From: Trichoplax adhaerens
Lineage: Eukaryota; Animalia; Placozoa
Assembly (NCBI RefSeq): GCF_000150275.1
Contig: NW_002060963.1
Coordinates: 839,262 to 903,261 of the forward strand
Direction of reading: 5' to 3'
DNA length: 64,000 bases
The position numbers and the translations under genes are program-made. This document shows, in pieces, positions 26,491 to 47,263 of the stretch. How positions within the stretch are numbered: the first letter of the stretch is position 1; each line of letters starts with the position of its first letter. Under the pieces are notes generated by a model. The model did no database searches. It had not been told where the DNA came from and worked only from the letters and a program-made list of their open reading frames with translations.

Positions 26491-29400
26491 TTAAACATGA
26501 ACAATATATTCAGGGTAAGCTGAATTATCATTTGATACTACAAATACAGATGGATTATTCATATTATCAACGACAGAATGGATTCGTTCTGATTTACTTC
26601 CAGGGATAATGGATAAATTAGGCTTATTGCTACAACCTGCATTGGCGTAAACGCCTGTTAGAACTCGAGCTATTATTAATGTTTTCCCATAAGAGAGAGA
26701 TGTAGTAGCAGAGATAGCAAAGTAAGTCCCTGTTCCAAGTGCAGAACCTACAGATTAGTACAGTGAAAAAGATCATTTACTGTTAGGATAATATCAATTA
26801 TGTCTTGATTACACGTTAATAATGAAATATTGAAGATCATTTAAAGACCTCCGTATGCTAGTAATTGTATTGTAATTTGTTTTGAGGTCTTTAATCATGT
26901 TCATAACTTCAATTTAAAGAATATAATTAGCATACTGACTGCTGTACTTCATAAAATGTAATTATAGCACCTGTAATATTTAGAATATAAGTCGGATATT
27001 CATTATACGATAATACGATTTGTTAACATGTCATATAATTCAATTTCAACTCTAATATATGGCATTAGCTATATACTAGAATATAATAGATGTGATAGTA
27101 AAGGAGATGTAGCCATAATACAATTATTTTGACTTTTGTAGGTTAGTTACATCAACTTTGGCTTTAATATACGATATTGATGACGCGTTTCGATATTTAA
27201 CAGGGGACATTGAAAATGATGGTAAATATACTGTACTAAATATAAATTATTTCAATTTCATTCAAAGAGTGCAAACGGTACGGCTAATGCTCTGCCATGA
27301 TAGCAATATCTCTAAAGATATTTTATTACTTTAATCTGACTATAATGATGAAGTTGTTGATAGAGTACGCTAGCATCTTTCATTAATTAATCATGTTGCT
27401 TCAATAAGCTGATATTCTTATGCTACTTGATAAGAAATGATACAAATGATATCTGGACTAATTATGATATTATGGCCTCTAAATATTTTCCACTATTTCA
27501 ATGTTACGTACATTATACTAAGCAATTTAATTACTTCAATATAATTAAGAAACGCAATACTATTGATAAATGCCGTTAATTTCATATTGTAGCTCTACGA
27601 GGGTAAGCACTAAGAGGGTATGAAAACGTCTTTAACTAACCTCGTGATTTTCCTGAAAAATCTCTATCAAATCCTTTCCTACATATAATATCGGTATTTG
27701 CTGTTGTGGTACCATGGAACAACTTTCTTTCGACTTGAGTCCCTGGTTGATACTTCTGAACTGTACTTTCAACCTCTTTTTTCATAATTTGATAACGGCG
27801 ATATAGATTCCAGTTTTGGATGCGTGTTAATCTGAGAATTTGGTGGTTTCCAAGAAGTAACGAAATTTCATTTCGCTCTTTTGGATTGGTGACATCAAAA
27901 GTACGATAATAGCCATCTGTTATTCCATCAGCTGTATCCCAATGTGGAGGTACGGCGATATCTTTGCCTATTTGATAGAATAGATTGATTCATATATAAT
28001 TACTTTGAAAGTTATTGCCTTTATTTTGTAACCACACTCATTTATATGCAGCATACAGCAATATCATTTTTACTTGTTGTTAATATTATATATTCACCAC
28101 TAGACAAAAAAGAAGAAAAACTCATGCGTCAACATTATCATCAATTAATTAAAATTGCATTTGCTACTAAACTCTACCATTTAATCGATCTATCTGAAGG
28201 TTATTACTCACATGATGATGCAAATTGCCCTATCGGATATTGCTTTCCATCAACTGTAATGATCATTTCTTTATAATCAATCGATTTTCTTCCGGAATCC
28301 ACATTAAAAATCATCTTGGTCTTATTGTGGCAGTAAATCTCATAGTTTTTGACAATTTCATAATTCAATTTACTATCAAATTGGACTTTAGATTGATCAA
28401 TGACGGCATACCATGGAATGTTTTTAGCAATCACTTCTTGTACTTCGATATCGGATTTTTCTTTCAATCGAGAAGCAAATAATTTATGAATAGCTGATAT
28501 TGCCTTTAAAATATCGCTTTCATATCCATGAATTCGTATCATTTTATTTTGATTATATCCGACTAAAATTGTATTGTATTGGCACCAAAATTCTAACGAT
28601 ATTTGATGCCAACGATTTTTGTCAACATGGATAAAGTAATCATCGTCAGCAATTTCAAAAGATCCCCAACTCTGACCATATTCATTGATGATTGATTGCA
28701 GCTGGTTCATTTTGGTAAAGAATTTAGATACGTAAATTATTTTGAAACCATTTTGCTGTTTTGTCCTATTAAAAGTTATTTCCCATCGCAATTTTAATCT
28801 TGATTTAGTAATCTCTTCTCTTATCCACGTTGCAATCTCTTCAACTCGATCCTTAGAGCCTAAGGCAAAATCGATACAATCTAGCCTGTTCCCATTATGA
28901 TCGTTGTTAGTGAGAAACAATTCTATCGCTTTGAATATCTGATAAGTATGCTCTTCGTTGAATTCTATACCTGGTAATGGGAGTGATACAGATTGATCTC
29001 CATAGGTACTAATAGATTTTAATAATTGATTTACACCTGTTAAACATCCGTATGGGCATATTTGATATAAATTATAATTGGAATGGAAATTAGGTAAATA
29101 CTGCAAAGTTTTCAATGTATGCTGTGGACTATTACTCTCCATTATACCATCTAATGTCTTTAATTGGCGATGTTGATCGCATAATGCTGTCATATCGAGA
29201 ATAGATTTTGTTGTAGCTCCCATAATATTTCCATGATAGAGGTTAACACGGAATAGTTTACATTTACTTTCATTATAGCAGTGAACGGTGAAATAAAGCT
29301 CGTAGCTAAGATTAGATTTATGTACAACATTGCTATTACTACTCTTTGTAACTAATGGAATCGTTTTGTGATCATGTATTTGATTGAATGGTATAGCTGC

Positions 29401-32400
29401 CGATATTGTAGCTGTTACAGTATTGTCAGGGCATTGCATAGTATCTGATGTTGCTATAAGTTGATCTTGCTGTCCAATTAAGCTATCATTTCTATCACGT
29501 AGTAAAGCTCTGAATTGTCGATGATGATCAGTTTGAGTTGGTAGAGTAACAAAATAAACTGTTTTCAAGGAAGTGTTATTTTTATGCTGATGTGAGTAGT
29601 TTGAAATCACATCAAACATACCCGGAATCACCTGATCGATCTGTAACCCAATCTTACCAATTCCAATAGCGGGAATTGCTATCGATTTCATCGATTCTTT
29701 ATTAGCTTTTTCTAGGCAACATTTTAACTTGTCCTTTAACCACTGTAGTATGGGATTTATCATAAAAATTACAATTACATATTCTCATTATGTAAGCCTA
29801 TCCATTCTTAATACGAAATGGCAATTATAATTCAGAGGAGTTACAATAATTAATGAAAAGGTTTTGCTGACTTACTGAGATAGATTTGCAAGAGCTTAAG
29901 AATGGAATATGATACACTTTTTTACAGCCAAAAAAGCTTCCACTGGTGCTTCCAATATCTTCAGCTCCTAAAGAATCTAACTGAGTTTTGCATTCAGAGT
30001 GATATTGCTTACCACCAGCTGTATATAATGCTTTGGCGATGGCACCTGATGCATAATTTCGCAGACTTATAGAATTCACAATAACATCTGCCTGAAGATT
30101 TCACGTTAGTAATGCAAAAATGAAATTAATGTCATTCCTCTTGATACGTACCGTATAAATATTTAACTTAACAAGTAAGGAAAGACATAGACAAAGCTTA
30201 ACTTTTAATAATAATATCTAATATCTATAGTTTCAATTTTACATACATTTTTTGCTCCCTCTTTTTCAATTGTTCCTAAAAGCAAGTTAATATTGATGCG
30301 TTGTGTGTTTGATCTACTGCAAAAGATAATAAAAATAATAAAACAAGGCATAGATATTTATATGCAATCGCAGTACCTAAAATTAGTGGATGAAATGAGA
30401 CTTTTTTATTTTCTCCTATCAGATTACTAATATTGAATACGTGCCAATAACTAATTATATGAGTGTAGGTAATATTTGCAGAAAACTTGAAGATGGATCA
30501 TCATTTACTATCAATTCTAATAGAGAAGAATCTATTATAGGCAAAATTAGTTGGCGAGATTGAAATATAATGCTAATAATTGCACTTCCATAACATCTTG
30601 CTGAATTAATATTAATTTTCGATATTAAAAATTGACCAAGTATAGTAGCTATTTTGATTGTTTGAGTAGTGTTAAAAGTTTCTAAGCTGTATTATACAAG
30701 TATGAGCAATATTTAGTTAGAAGAAAGAGTCATGCATAATTAATGTTTATGAGATAGAAATTGGATATCAAATATTTGCACTATTAAATCAGGATGCTAA
30801 CAAATTCTAATTACTTATTGAACTACAGCCAATAAAAGGCTGCAATATTTTTCAATAGATTTTAATGATGGACTAATTAACTTAAAATAGTAAGGTGCAT
30901 CATCAATAAATGATTACTACCAAGTGCATACTAATTTACGGAATCGCTACGATACTTGTTGAGTTTTCATAAAATGAATTTGTGACACACAAGATATATA
31001 AGATAAATTGGATTGTCAATAATTGAATTTAACCATGTCTACATTTCATTACAGCTTCTTAAATTGTACCTTCGGTGGTTTTCGTCTAGAGCGATAGCTA
31101 AACAGCTATTTAGATCTAGCAAATGTTTCAATTTCATTTGACTTTGGCCAGATATCAAAAATCTTCCTAATTTAGAACTCTTACTAATAAAATGGTCTTT
31201 TCTAACAGTGATCGAGTGTAATATCTCGTAAATCTTGTTCAGAATAGTTTCCTTGTTCAATGGATTACATTGAATTTTAATTTGATGATGGCAGATGAAT
31301 GCATAGGGACAATCTTTCTTATCCATTTTTTCAAATAGAATTTTGCAATCATGTTGATTTATAAGGATGGCAATTTCATATTTCAAGTGCAATCGCAAGT
31401 ATTCTATTCTCAAAGCTTTAATTGATTCGATAGTATAAGATGTTGAAGATTGCTATTACAACATTAAAATTTGAATATTTATATAGATGTTGTTTTAATA
31501 GTATTTTGATACCTGATTCGGGTGTGTTGTTACGAAATGTTACATAGTGCTCATGGAAATAGTAACTTTCGAATGATTTTGATTTGGAAGATTTAGAACT
31601 GGAAGACAGCAATTTATTAATAAAACATTAACAAATAATATTCTAAATATTCATTTATATTTCTATAGCCTGCCAATCTAGCCTAATAGTAAAATATGAA
31701 TACTACAACATTATACAAGTATATAATATAATATAATAGTTATCGTTCTGTTTTATGTTTAACAAAATTAAAGATAATAATTAGTCAAATTATGATAACT
31801 ATTAGCTGACAATGCTAATATTTATTGTATTCGTGAATAACAATTTCAGATTGCTTTTGATCTGACAATAATTATTGAACGTTATAGAATTAAAGACTGT
31901 ACAAGATAAAGATATTTCATCTCGGTTTTTACTTTATGAAAGTTGGAGATAGTGATTTGCTAGCAAACCCGTAGTTAGGTATTAATAATCTTGATTATAT
32001 CTTGACTGTACCAACTATCTGACAATTAATTTAGGCTAAATTAGTTTACGATGGAAATTTACTTTACTATAGCTTCTTGAAAAGAAGTTCTGTATAAACT
32101 TAATGATCACGATAAGGGTAGTTCACAATTTCATTATTTACTTTTAAACAGCATCTCTAAAATTTTACACAATCTGGTAGCTACTCCTGTACGATATAAA
32201 AAGTAATTTACTATCATTATTTTAATAGGTTTGTATTAAAAATTGAAGGTGAATATATATCAATAAAGTGATAACTGATAATTTCAATACTGGCTGTTAT
32301 ATACAGACTTTCATATTTCTTCTCTTAACACTTATTGGACACGACAAATCAGTCAATAGCGGTTTAGTTACCTTTGATTTAGAAAAGTATCGTTTGGTAT

Positions 32401-33335
32401 GCCTGACGTCAACTGTTCATATTTTTTGGCATTATCTGATCGTTTGCACTCTTTTTTAGCCTTTAATCAACGAGTATTATATGATTAGAAATAAAACGCC
32501 TAAAAATTCAGCTAATGAAAGGTTTATCAAAGTTAATTTCATATTTCAAGATTAATATATTGCTAGTTTTAGAGGATAATTTTTATGTAGGAATAGTTTG
32601 ATGGTAATGGTAAATAACAAATAAAATCATGAAACTTGAGGCAATATTAGATGTTCCGAAGCGCAAAAGTAATATAGCAAGATAATGACAAGAATTCGTA
32701 ATAGTAAGTAAACTTTGATAAATTGGAAGATATTATTGTCGTACCTTAATTAATGCACGATTTGACGGATTCTGATTATTATTTTTGCACTCTTCATCGC
32801 TACTGTTATCACTGATAGTGATATAAGTGATCGATTTTGCTGCAGTCTGGGCATTAATTGTAGCTTTGGGAGAATAATTGAACGCGCTATTCCCTTGAAC
32901 CTGATTGCCAGAGGTAGGAGATCGGTTAAAATTATTATTAAGCCTTCTTCGCTTGCTCTTAACAAAATAGGATGAATCTTTCCTTCTACAGTCTTCTTTT
33001 TCGCCTAGACTAGTAAATGGCGTCCTGTTTTGACTATTATCTTTACATTCTTCATCACTATTGCTATCAGGGATAGTAATAAAAGTGATCGATTTTGCTT
33101 CAGTCTGGGCTTTGATTGTAGCTTTGGGAGAATAATCCAACGCCTTGTCGCCTTGAGCCTGATTGTTAGGGGTAAATCGGCCAAGACTGCCATTAAGTCT
33201 TCGCTTCCAGTTAAAACGAGGGGATAAATGCTTCCATCTAAGGCGTTCTTTACCACCTTGATTAGTAAATGGTGTCGAGGTGATAAGTATTTCTTTTCTT
33301 AAATTATTAGAACTTCCTATTGATAATCCTTCCAT
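26491..33335 (-). CDS. PARP14/PARP15-like mono-ADP-ribosyltransferase, copy B
   Basis: Exons ~33335-32745, 32460-32372, 31598-31513, 31415-31070, 30316-30247, 30091-29876, 29742-28212, 27967-27641, 26747-26491. Several exon lengths equal copy A (86, 346, 216, 257 bp). Motifs ADVIVNS, SIAIPAIGIG, PWYAVIDQ, LFHGT, GTYFA, YPEYIV. 5' end uncertain. Confidence 0.9.
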
Positions 33336-34919
33336 TTCACCGTTTTCAACAAGAAAGCTTTTTACATCACTAAGCCATTAATTATTTGAAGAAAAGAAGA
33401 TATCCTTGTTATGTAATCAATCACCATTAGTTGTGACAACCTCGTAATACTTGTCCAATAACTTTTTGATAAATTTCATACGTCTTCGTAACGAAAATTA
33501 GAGCTTAAGTTATTCTTACTATTAACTATAATACCACAAATACGCTTATTATAGATAACATTCAGATTGATTAACTCTACTTAAAAAGGTAAATAACAGT
33601 TACGATCGATGGTGCAAGATTAACATTATCAATTACTTCGGGCTCAATTTAACATAAATTACTTTATTCGTAAATATAGCTAAGCAGCACTCTAAATTGC
33701 AGAATTTGTAGATAATAGCATCACTCTTTAATCTAGCTAACTCCATGGTTACATATTTAAATGATGATGCAAATTAAAATAAAGCCAATCACATCGCATA
33801 ATTATGTTTACAATAGCAGTCTTTGGATTTATATTGGTCGAGCTGCAACCGCTACGGCTATTTTCTATTATTAGTCATTGTTTCTGGCCATTTTCTGCAA
33901 TATATTATAAAACTAAAAATTAGAGTGATTAAGATATCATCTAATAAGATCGCTGAATTTGCGTTATAAAATTCTGGAGCAATTGTGTCGATAACCTCCC
34001 AAACATTTACCTGTTGTCCATGAATAATATTTTGTAAATAAAACAACGTTAAATATAAATTTATTAAACTGTACTTTTCAACACGTACACAAAATAATTT
34101 CAATATTATTTAAAATTTTAAAATGACAAAACTGTAAAATTTCGCAATGAAACTTTAATATTTTATTCATACGGTACTTGTTAAAAGCATAAGTCAATCT
34201 CAATTTGGGGAAAATACCATGAGAAAGTGCTTAAAGATTTGTTAGGACTCGATCTATTTTACAGGCAAAAAATTTTTAAATTGACTTGACCCAAGTTAGG
34301 CAACTTTGTACTGGTAGTACAAACAATAATAATATAGTAACAGTAAAAGACTATTACTCGGCCATTACAGTAGGTTTGATCGATTGGCATGAAATTTAGA
34401 ACGATCGTACCGAAAGAAACAAATCTGCTTTCCACGCCGGCTGGCCTTATTTTGCAGACATTACTTACACTCGCCTGGCGTGTGTTAGAAACTCCTTATC
34501 CACAGATTCATCGTTTTTTTTATTTCATTATTCTAAACTTCTATTCCAAATAAAATCAACTAGCAAAAAATTTTTTAGATATATTTTCCTAAAATACGTT
34601 ACCCCCCACTAAATATAATTACAGCGATAACATAAAGATTCCATCATTATTTAATCGACAAACAGAAAGTTTTGCATATTTAACTACAGACACTCGAAGT
34701 ATTTAAAATGTTGGAATATCGCGCAATGGCGCTTAAAGGATATGTTTTAAAGATTGACGAATTAGTCAGATCTTTTGTACTTTGATCACACTTTGCCTTG
34801 AGATTATTTGTTCATTTATGCCTGTAAAATAATTAATAAGATAATATTTTTACGTTGAAAAATATCATAAAATTACTTTAACCCCTACATACTCGTATTC
34901 AAGATTAATATCCAATTGC

Positions 34920-35350
34920 ATAATCCAATGTGATCAGAATTAGATAAACTTGCATTTAATGATCCAAAGGCATCTGTTATTTTTTACGTATTTCCATAAA
35001 TGTCTCTTTGGTGAGCAAAGTAGAATGATGTAGTACATTTCCATTCACTCGATATATTATAGTTGAAGGTCGTTTTAAAATACAATTTTAACGGTAGTTA
35101 GATAGCTGTTGTGCTTATCCTACCCCACCCTTGAAAAATCATGCAAGCTTTTTCTACTCTCACAGAGTTGCTCAAGATTACTGTCGTCGATTCCAGATAT
35201 AACTAATACTTTTTCCATGTCTTTACAAGATATCTTAGCGAATGACTACAATAAACCAAAACCCTTTTATTTGATAGATTATAATCACAACTGGCTATAT
35301 TTTACCTCTTTTAAGGATAACCATTTAGTTTTCTATTTACCTTCATGTAC
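34920..35350. repeat. Third partial copy of the repeat-field start (homologous to ~9175-9560)
   Basis: GATCAGAATTAGATAA...TTTCCATAAATGTCTCTTTGGTGAGCAAAG matches GATCAGAATTGGATAA...TTTCCATAGATGCTCCTTGGTGAGCAAAG at 9182-9270. Confidence 0.6.
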
Positions 35351-36095
35351 AGGTTTCTCAGTATAAGTATTTTTTTAATTACACGTATGTTGTATACTAA
35401 ATATTTGAATAGTTACAGCGATAGTACAGGATATCAGGAATCATTTGATAAGTGGGAAAATTTTTCTCTTTCTTACCACGGATATTCGAGGCATAGAGAA
35501 TGCTAGGCTCTCGTAAAGCACTAATAGTAATTTCTAATGCCAAAAAGGAATGCGCAAGTAGTCCATTCGTAGTACCTACTAATAAACACGATTATGCTTC
35601 AAGTTGATGATTGATGAAATTACTTTTTTATTTGGATTAAAGGGCTAATAGGATAACGTTTTGCTCACGTCAGGATATCATAAAATGACTACAACCACTA
35701 CATAATAAAGGTGAAGGCCCTAATATAATAATGGTACTTAGTCCGGAATTAAGAAAAAATCAAGTAGCGCAAGTTAAACGTAGGTCATCATACGTGTCAT
35801 AAATTTTCCTTTGCTACATTATTAAAGAGGCATGACACAATTCGTATGCAAAATTAATTATAAATCATGAGTACAGATTCCAAAGGAATAAACAAGTAGG
35901 CTTGCAGCTAAAATTTTTCTCATGCATTTCTTTCAGAAACACTATCCCAATGGCATTATATAGTTTTGCATGTAGAATTAATCACAAATTATGCGCACAA
36001 AATTCCCAAGAATAAACTATTAGAATTGTAACCAAAATCTTCCTAAGTCAGCACGTAAAATTTTTAAGTTAAAAATATTTGTATAGAGAATGGGT

Positions 36096-42808
<6,713 letters not shown>

Positions 42809-43112
42809 TTTGTCCTTCGATTGGTAATAGCAGCAAAGAACGAATAGTTAGGTAGTCTGCAAACTTTTGATTGATTGATTTATTTTGCTAGCAAACAAGA
42901 GCTGACGACGATGGCTGCCCAACCAGCGAGCGGCGCGTGACCCAGGTTGGCCGATGGTGTGATGGAATGACCCCTACGACGTGATACTGACTTGAAGCGT
43001 ATGCAAATGACGCCTGGGCGTCATGCGTATATGTGACGTCGCATCATGAATGGAGCGTGGTGCTCACGTACTCACCGTCGATCCTTTCTCTGCCTTGTCC
43101 TAGGCCATTTTC

Positions 43113-44730
43113 CTACTACAGTATGCTGACCAGGGTAGCGTTTGCGTACTCTAGTAGGGTACAGTCGGCCAACTTCGCAGTAGGGGGGCGTTGACAATTG
43201 AGGCAATTTGGTCGTTGGCAGTTGTACGGAAGGAAGTACGGATGGATGAGCGTTGCTACTGTAAAAAAAACTCGCTACTACAGTATACTGCCCAGGGTAG
43301 TGTTAGCGTACTCTAGCAGAGTTACACTCGGCCAACTTCGCAGTAGGGGGGCGTTGACAATTGAGGCAATTTGCTCGTTGGCAGTTGTACGGAAGGAAGT
43401 CCGGATGGATGAGCGTCGCTGCTGCAAAAGAAATCGTTACTACAGTATACTCTTCAATGTAGTGTTAGCGTACTCTAGCAGAGTTACACTCGGCCAACTT
43501 CGCAGTAGGGGGGCGTTGACAATTGAGGCAATTTGCTCGTTGGCAGTTGTACGGAAGGAAGTCCGGATGGATGAGCGTCGCTGCTGCAAAAGAAATCGTT
43601 ACTACAGTATACTCTTCAATGTAGTGTTAGCGTACTCTAGCAGAGTTACACTCGGCCAACTTAGCAATAGGGGGCGTTGACAATTGAGGGTATTTGGTCG
43701 TTGGTAGTTGTACGGAAGGAAATCCGGATGGATGAGCGTTGCTGCTGCAAAAGAAATCGTTAATACAGTATATTACTCAGGGTAGCGTTTGCGTACCATA
43801 GTAGAGTTACACTCGGCCAACTTAGCAATAGGGGGCGTTGACAATTGAGGGTATTTGGTCGTTGGTAGTTGTACGGAAGGAAGTCCGGATGGATGAGCGT
43901 TGCTGCTGCAAAAGAAATCGTTAATACAGTATATTACTCAGGGTAGCGTTTGCGTACCATAGTAGGGTTACACTCGGCCAACTCCGCAGTAGGGGGGCGT
44001 TGACAATTGAGGCAATTTGCTCGTGGGCAGTTGTACGGAAGGAAGTCCGGATGGATGAGCGTTGCTGCTGCAAAAGAAATCGTTACTACAGTATACTCTC
44101 AATGTAGTGTTAGCGTACTCTAGCAGAGTTACACTCGGCCAACTTCGCAATAGGGGGCGTTGACAATTGAGGCAATTTGCTCGTTGGCAGTTGTACGGAA
44201 GGAAGTCCGGATGGATGAGCGTCGCTGCTGCAAAAGAAATCGTTACTACAGTATACTCTTCAATGTAGTGTTAGCGTACTCTAGCAGAGTTACACTCGGC
44301 CAACTTAGCAATAGGGGGCGTTGACAATTGAGGGTATTTGGTCGTTGGTAGTTGTACGGAAGGAAATCCGGATGGATGAGCGTTGCTGCTGCAAAAGAAA
44401 TCGTTAATACAGTATATTACTCAGGGTAGCATTTGCGTACCATAGTAGGGTTACACTCGGCCAACTCCGCAGTAGGGGGGCGTTGACAATTGAGGTTATT
44501 TGCTCGTGGGCAGTTGTACGGAAGGAAGTCCGGATGGATGAGCGTCGCTGCTGCAAAAGAAATCGTTACTACAGTATACTCTTCAATGTAGTGTTAGCGT
44601 ACTCTAGCAGAGTTACACTCGGCCAACTTAGCAATAGGGGGGCGTTGACAATTGAGGCAATTTGCTCGTTGGCAGTTGTACGGAAGGAAGTCCGGATGGA
44701 CGAGCGTTGCTGCTGCAAAAAAATTCGCTA
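43113..44730. repeat. GC-rich tandem array, 10 units of 161-163 bp
   Basis: Anchor CGGCCAAC at 43166, 43329, 43491, 43653, 43814, 43975, 44136, 44297, 44458, 44620; near-identical units in two variant classes; clearly more GC/CpG-rich than most of the window. Confidence 0.97.
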
Positions 44731-47263
44731 TTGCATTTACTCTAAAAGTTTAGCTCCAATGGATTTCAATTTGAAAAGATATTTCTATTGATTTTCGTGG
44801 ATCTATCCACTTTGTTTGTAGGATGCATAGTACATCGATAGAGTGATGGGATAAAGAGACTGCCATGGTGCAATGGAGCTGCATGAATGTTTTGGACGTA
44901 GTAGGGTAGGGTATTGAGACGAATGAAGGAAGATACCGCCATACAGGAATGCGAGTATGGAAGGTAGACGGGACTTGCAGTGATAAACTGCAAGGGATTG
45001 GAATAAATTGCACTTGGTTTACTGTATCGTCTTTGCATTAATTGCATAGTGTATCCTTTATTCGCTATAGGTCTAGCAGAGTGAAAAATGGGCTAAAGTG
45101 AACAAGCTGACATAGGACAGTGGAGCTTAATGGATGTTTTTAACGTAGTACTGTAATGTGTTGGGCAATAATAAGTTAGCTGAAGATTGAAGAGGATGAT
45201 TGAAGGTGGCAATCAAGGAATAATTCGAGAAATAGACTCAGCTTATTTGAAGAAGTACTAGCAAGCATGAGAATAGTGCAAGCTAGTTGGTTACAGGCTA
45301 GAAGGATTAGCTTTACCAGGTGCATGGATATACGGGAAATACGAGCATAGTATAGATTTGCTGCATCTGCAGAAGTAGGAAAGTCGTTATGCGACGAGAA
45401 GAATACGCAAATAAAAGTAGTTGGCGGTATTATAGGGTACAATATCGTGGGTTAGAGTATTGAGAATTATAATTAATTCTTCAATGACTGTTTACACTAG
45501 CCAAATAAAGCCACCTTCTGAGTGGTCATTTTGGCTAGTTCTCCATTGGACCGCGATGGTATTACACCCCCTCCCAACCAAATTAGCTTTTACTTGATGC
45601 ACATATTTATTAACATATATATCTACATTATACGACGACGATGGAAGATGCAGAAAGTAGTATGGAAGGCAAGACCAGACGACTAGCATTGAACTGCGAT
45701 GAATTCCAATCAATTGTATTGGTTATACTGTATCCACTGTGGCATCGATTTCATCGGTAGTGGACAGCTCAATGGATGTTGTTGACGTAGGCAGGACATG
45801 ATGAAAGATGTTACTGCAGATTCAAATCCTTCTACTAGTCGCATTTATTTTCTATAAACTGTCATGCAACAAAAACTTGAAACTTGGACTCAGTTGATCG
45901 AACTTGATTGTAGGCTAGAGAAGTAGAATAGGAAAAGGGAGGAGTATTGACTCTCATTCAATAAATAGACATCTGGAATAGCATTTTCTGATTGTAAATA
46001 GACAAACATTGGCTTTAGCGGCAATGAAATAAAAGCCATTTGGGCTATGGATTATAGAGAGGACAAAGTTGTCGATACAAGGAGGTAGAACCATCATTAC
46101 TTTGATTTTTATGCAGCGACAGTGTACTTTCAACTGATGATGCATAAAATGAAATGGTAGCAATTGAATCGAGTGCAATAACGAGATCTTGTATGAATGC
46201 AAGCTATCCATCTTTCCCACTCGATGCCCTACTTCATTGTGCAATTCATAGTCCTGCTAAGACTAATAGCTAAGGCGAATCTGTTGGATACTACATAACA
46301 GCAAAGCTGGAGTAAAGTGTCATTTTGCTTGCTTACAGTTAGCTAACCAAACAGATTTTTCAGTCTCTACCGGAGTGGTACAGTGCAGAAATACATCATC
46401 GTTGTCATTCATTCCAGTTAGTCCTGCTACCTACCAAAATCATTTTCGTTGGCTAAATTCTACTGGATATGTATCAAGTATAAATGCTACCATCCTTTCT
46501 TTTAATAGTCCCTGATGCAAAGTGCATTAGTGGGGTAAGAGGTTCAATGATGCATCGATCCCAGAGATGATCATGATAGCATTGAGTGTTTAACAAATCT
46601 TGATTGCGATCGACGGTGCACCATAGGCTTTCACATCGTAAAATCTTATTTTACAAATGGGTGAAAGACGCTCTTAAACTCATTAAAGTCATTTTAAAAT
46701 ACATATTCTCCCATGATTCTAAGGATCGTCTACACAATAAATGGCGATCGTTGCCCCACTGTGCAGCAGCGTTTACAGTCGAGATGAAGATGGAAGTGGT
46801 TGCAGGATAGCTGTTGAGAATATAATTATATATATATATAATCAAGGAATGAATGACAGCCTTTGAATAGTTGCAACAAAGTCTATAGAACGGGTTGTAT
46901 TGGCAAAATGACGGCAGCTAAGCCCAAGGATTTTTTTAAGAAGAGAATTTCCTTTTATTACAAGTCTCTGCCATTGATTTATAAAAAAAAATGCTAATGT
47001 CCAGTCATGGACTACCAGAAACATGGACGACAGGGGTGGACAGAAGAATTGTCGTCAATTCTCTCCAACTGCAACACCATCTATATAGACATGGAGGATA
47101 GTTTCTACGTTCTTGAGCGACTAAATTTTGCCCTGCAATACAGCCAAGAAAGAGTTTTTGCATAAAAGAAAGCCCCATTATGGCCGATGAACTCTAGTAT
47201 TGGCACTACAATATTTTACGTCCAGACTGCTGGCTTTCCGGCTAGACGACAGTGTAGCCTAGA

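Larger units (their letters stand above)
8200..34193. repeat. Tandem segmental duplication: unit A ~8200-22291, unit B ~22292-34193
   Basis: Colinear non-coding blocks: 10420-10670/23455-23630, 11990-12420/23670-24240, 13060-13600/25760-26310, 21330-22291/33355-34193. Both units have the order GPCR remnant, repeat field, PARP gene. Confidence 0.85.

Noticed and set aside
30455-30700. Stop-free stretch in a PARP copy B intron as an extra exon
   Set aside because: The copy A counterpart has an in-frame stop, and the flanking exons already join in phase without it.
43113-44730. CRISPR array or hammerhead ribozyme array
   Set aside because: Whole units repeat with no unique spacers, no cas genes, eukaryotic context; no CTGANGA...GAAA core on either strand.
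43198-44791. ORFs 43198..43680, 43968..44150, 44483..44791
   Set aside because: Non-ATG starts; they arise because 162 is divisible by 3 and break at the 161-bp units.
44750-47030. Short ORFs between the array and FH
   Set aside because: No recognisable motifs, mostly non-ATG starts, overlapping local degenerate repeats.
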